From NCBI GenBank assembly GCA_963719225.1, contig CAVRAY010000001.1:1440001-1504000 (forward strand): DNA of 64,000 nucleotides, written 5' to 3'. The notes under the pieces are model-generated. The model saw only the letters and a list, made by a program, of their open reading frames with translations. It made no database searches and was not told the origin of the DNA. The stretch comes from Thermoanaerobaculia bacterium. GTDB lineage: Bacteria > Acidobacteriota > Thermoanaerobaculia > UBA5066. Shown one piece after another: positions 63,756 through 64,000 of this stretch. The number at the start of each line of letters is the position of its first letter. Positions within the stretch are counted from its first letter, which is position 1. A program made the translations under genes and the position numbers.

Positions 63756-64000
63756 TCAGTAGACGGTGACGCGGCCGTCCTTTGCGATGCGGCGGACGCG
63801 CACGGCGTTCGTCACGGAGGCCTCGAGGAGCCACAGGTCGCCGTCCGGAGAGAACGTCCCGCCCGTCGGCGCCCAGGGAAAGGAAGACCGGGCGGCAACC
63901 GTGACCGTCCCGTCCGCAGCGATGCGGAGGACTTCGCGCGTCGCATAGCGCGCGACGTAGACGCCGCCCGGTCCCGTCCAGATCCCCATGAGCGCGTGGC
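63756..64000 (-). CDS. C-terminal fragment of a probable beta-propeller protein (truncated by window edge)
   Basis: Repeated G.VYVA / DGDLWLLE strands. Confidence 0.5.
   Translation of the reverse strand, partial: HALMGIWTGPGGVYVARYATREVLRIAADGTVTVAARSSFPWAPTGGTFSPDGDLWLLEASVTNAVRVRRIAKDGRVTVY

Overview
High-GC bacterial chromosomal window. Gene content (exosortase H, OB-fold-less PheT, membrane-anchored Hanks kinases, rny-ymdB) suggests Acidobacteriota, possibly Thermoanaerobaculia; this is inference. Left to right: a complete IS1202-family element with a 17-bp target duplication, a secreted repeat protein plus exosortase H, ctpA/tat genes, an egtB-egtD ergothioneine locus, a nucleotidyltransferase pair, RapA-like helicase, alpha-2-macroglobulin, a hybrid histidine kinase, a DUF885-NTase-TIGR04222-DUF692 (MNIO) operon, envelope genes, two tandem Ser/Thr kinases, two tRNA-Val, thrS-infC-rpmI-rplT-pheST-zapBA-6S RNA-rny-ymdB, xseAB-ispA, a GGDEF-EAL gene and an sxtJ/K/I-like carbamoyltransferase trio. 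Single-base frameshifts, even in thrS, indicate long-read indel errors. Two signals stand out. (1) A dispersed AT/purine-rich motif (roughly GA(T)TTTCTTnGAAGGGwrAkAGGGGC) occurs about 20 times, mostly as convergent inverted pairs, both between genes and inside coding sequences. (2) An MNIO operon whose likely substrate is the Cys/Gly/Ser tail of a membrane protein.
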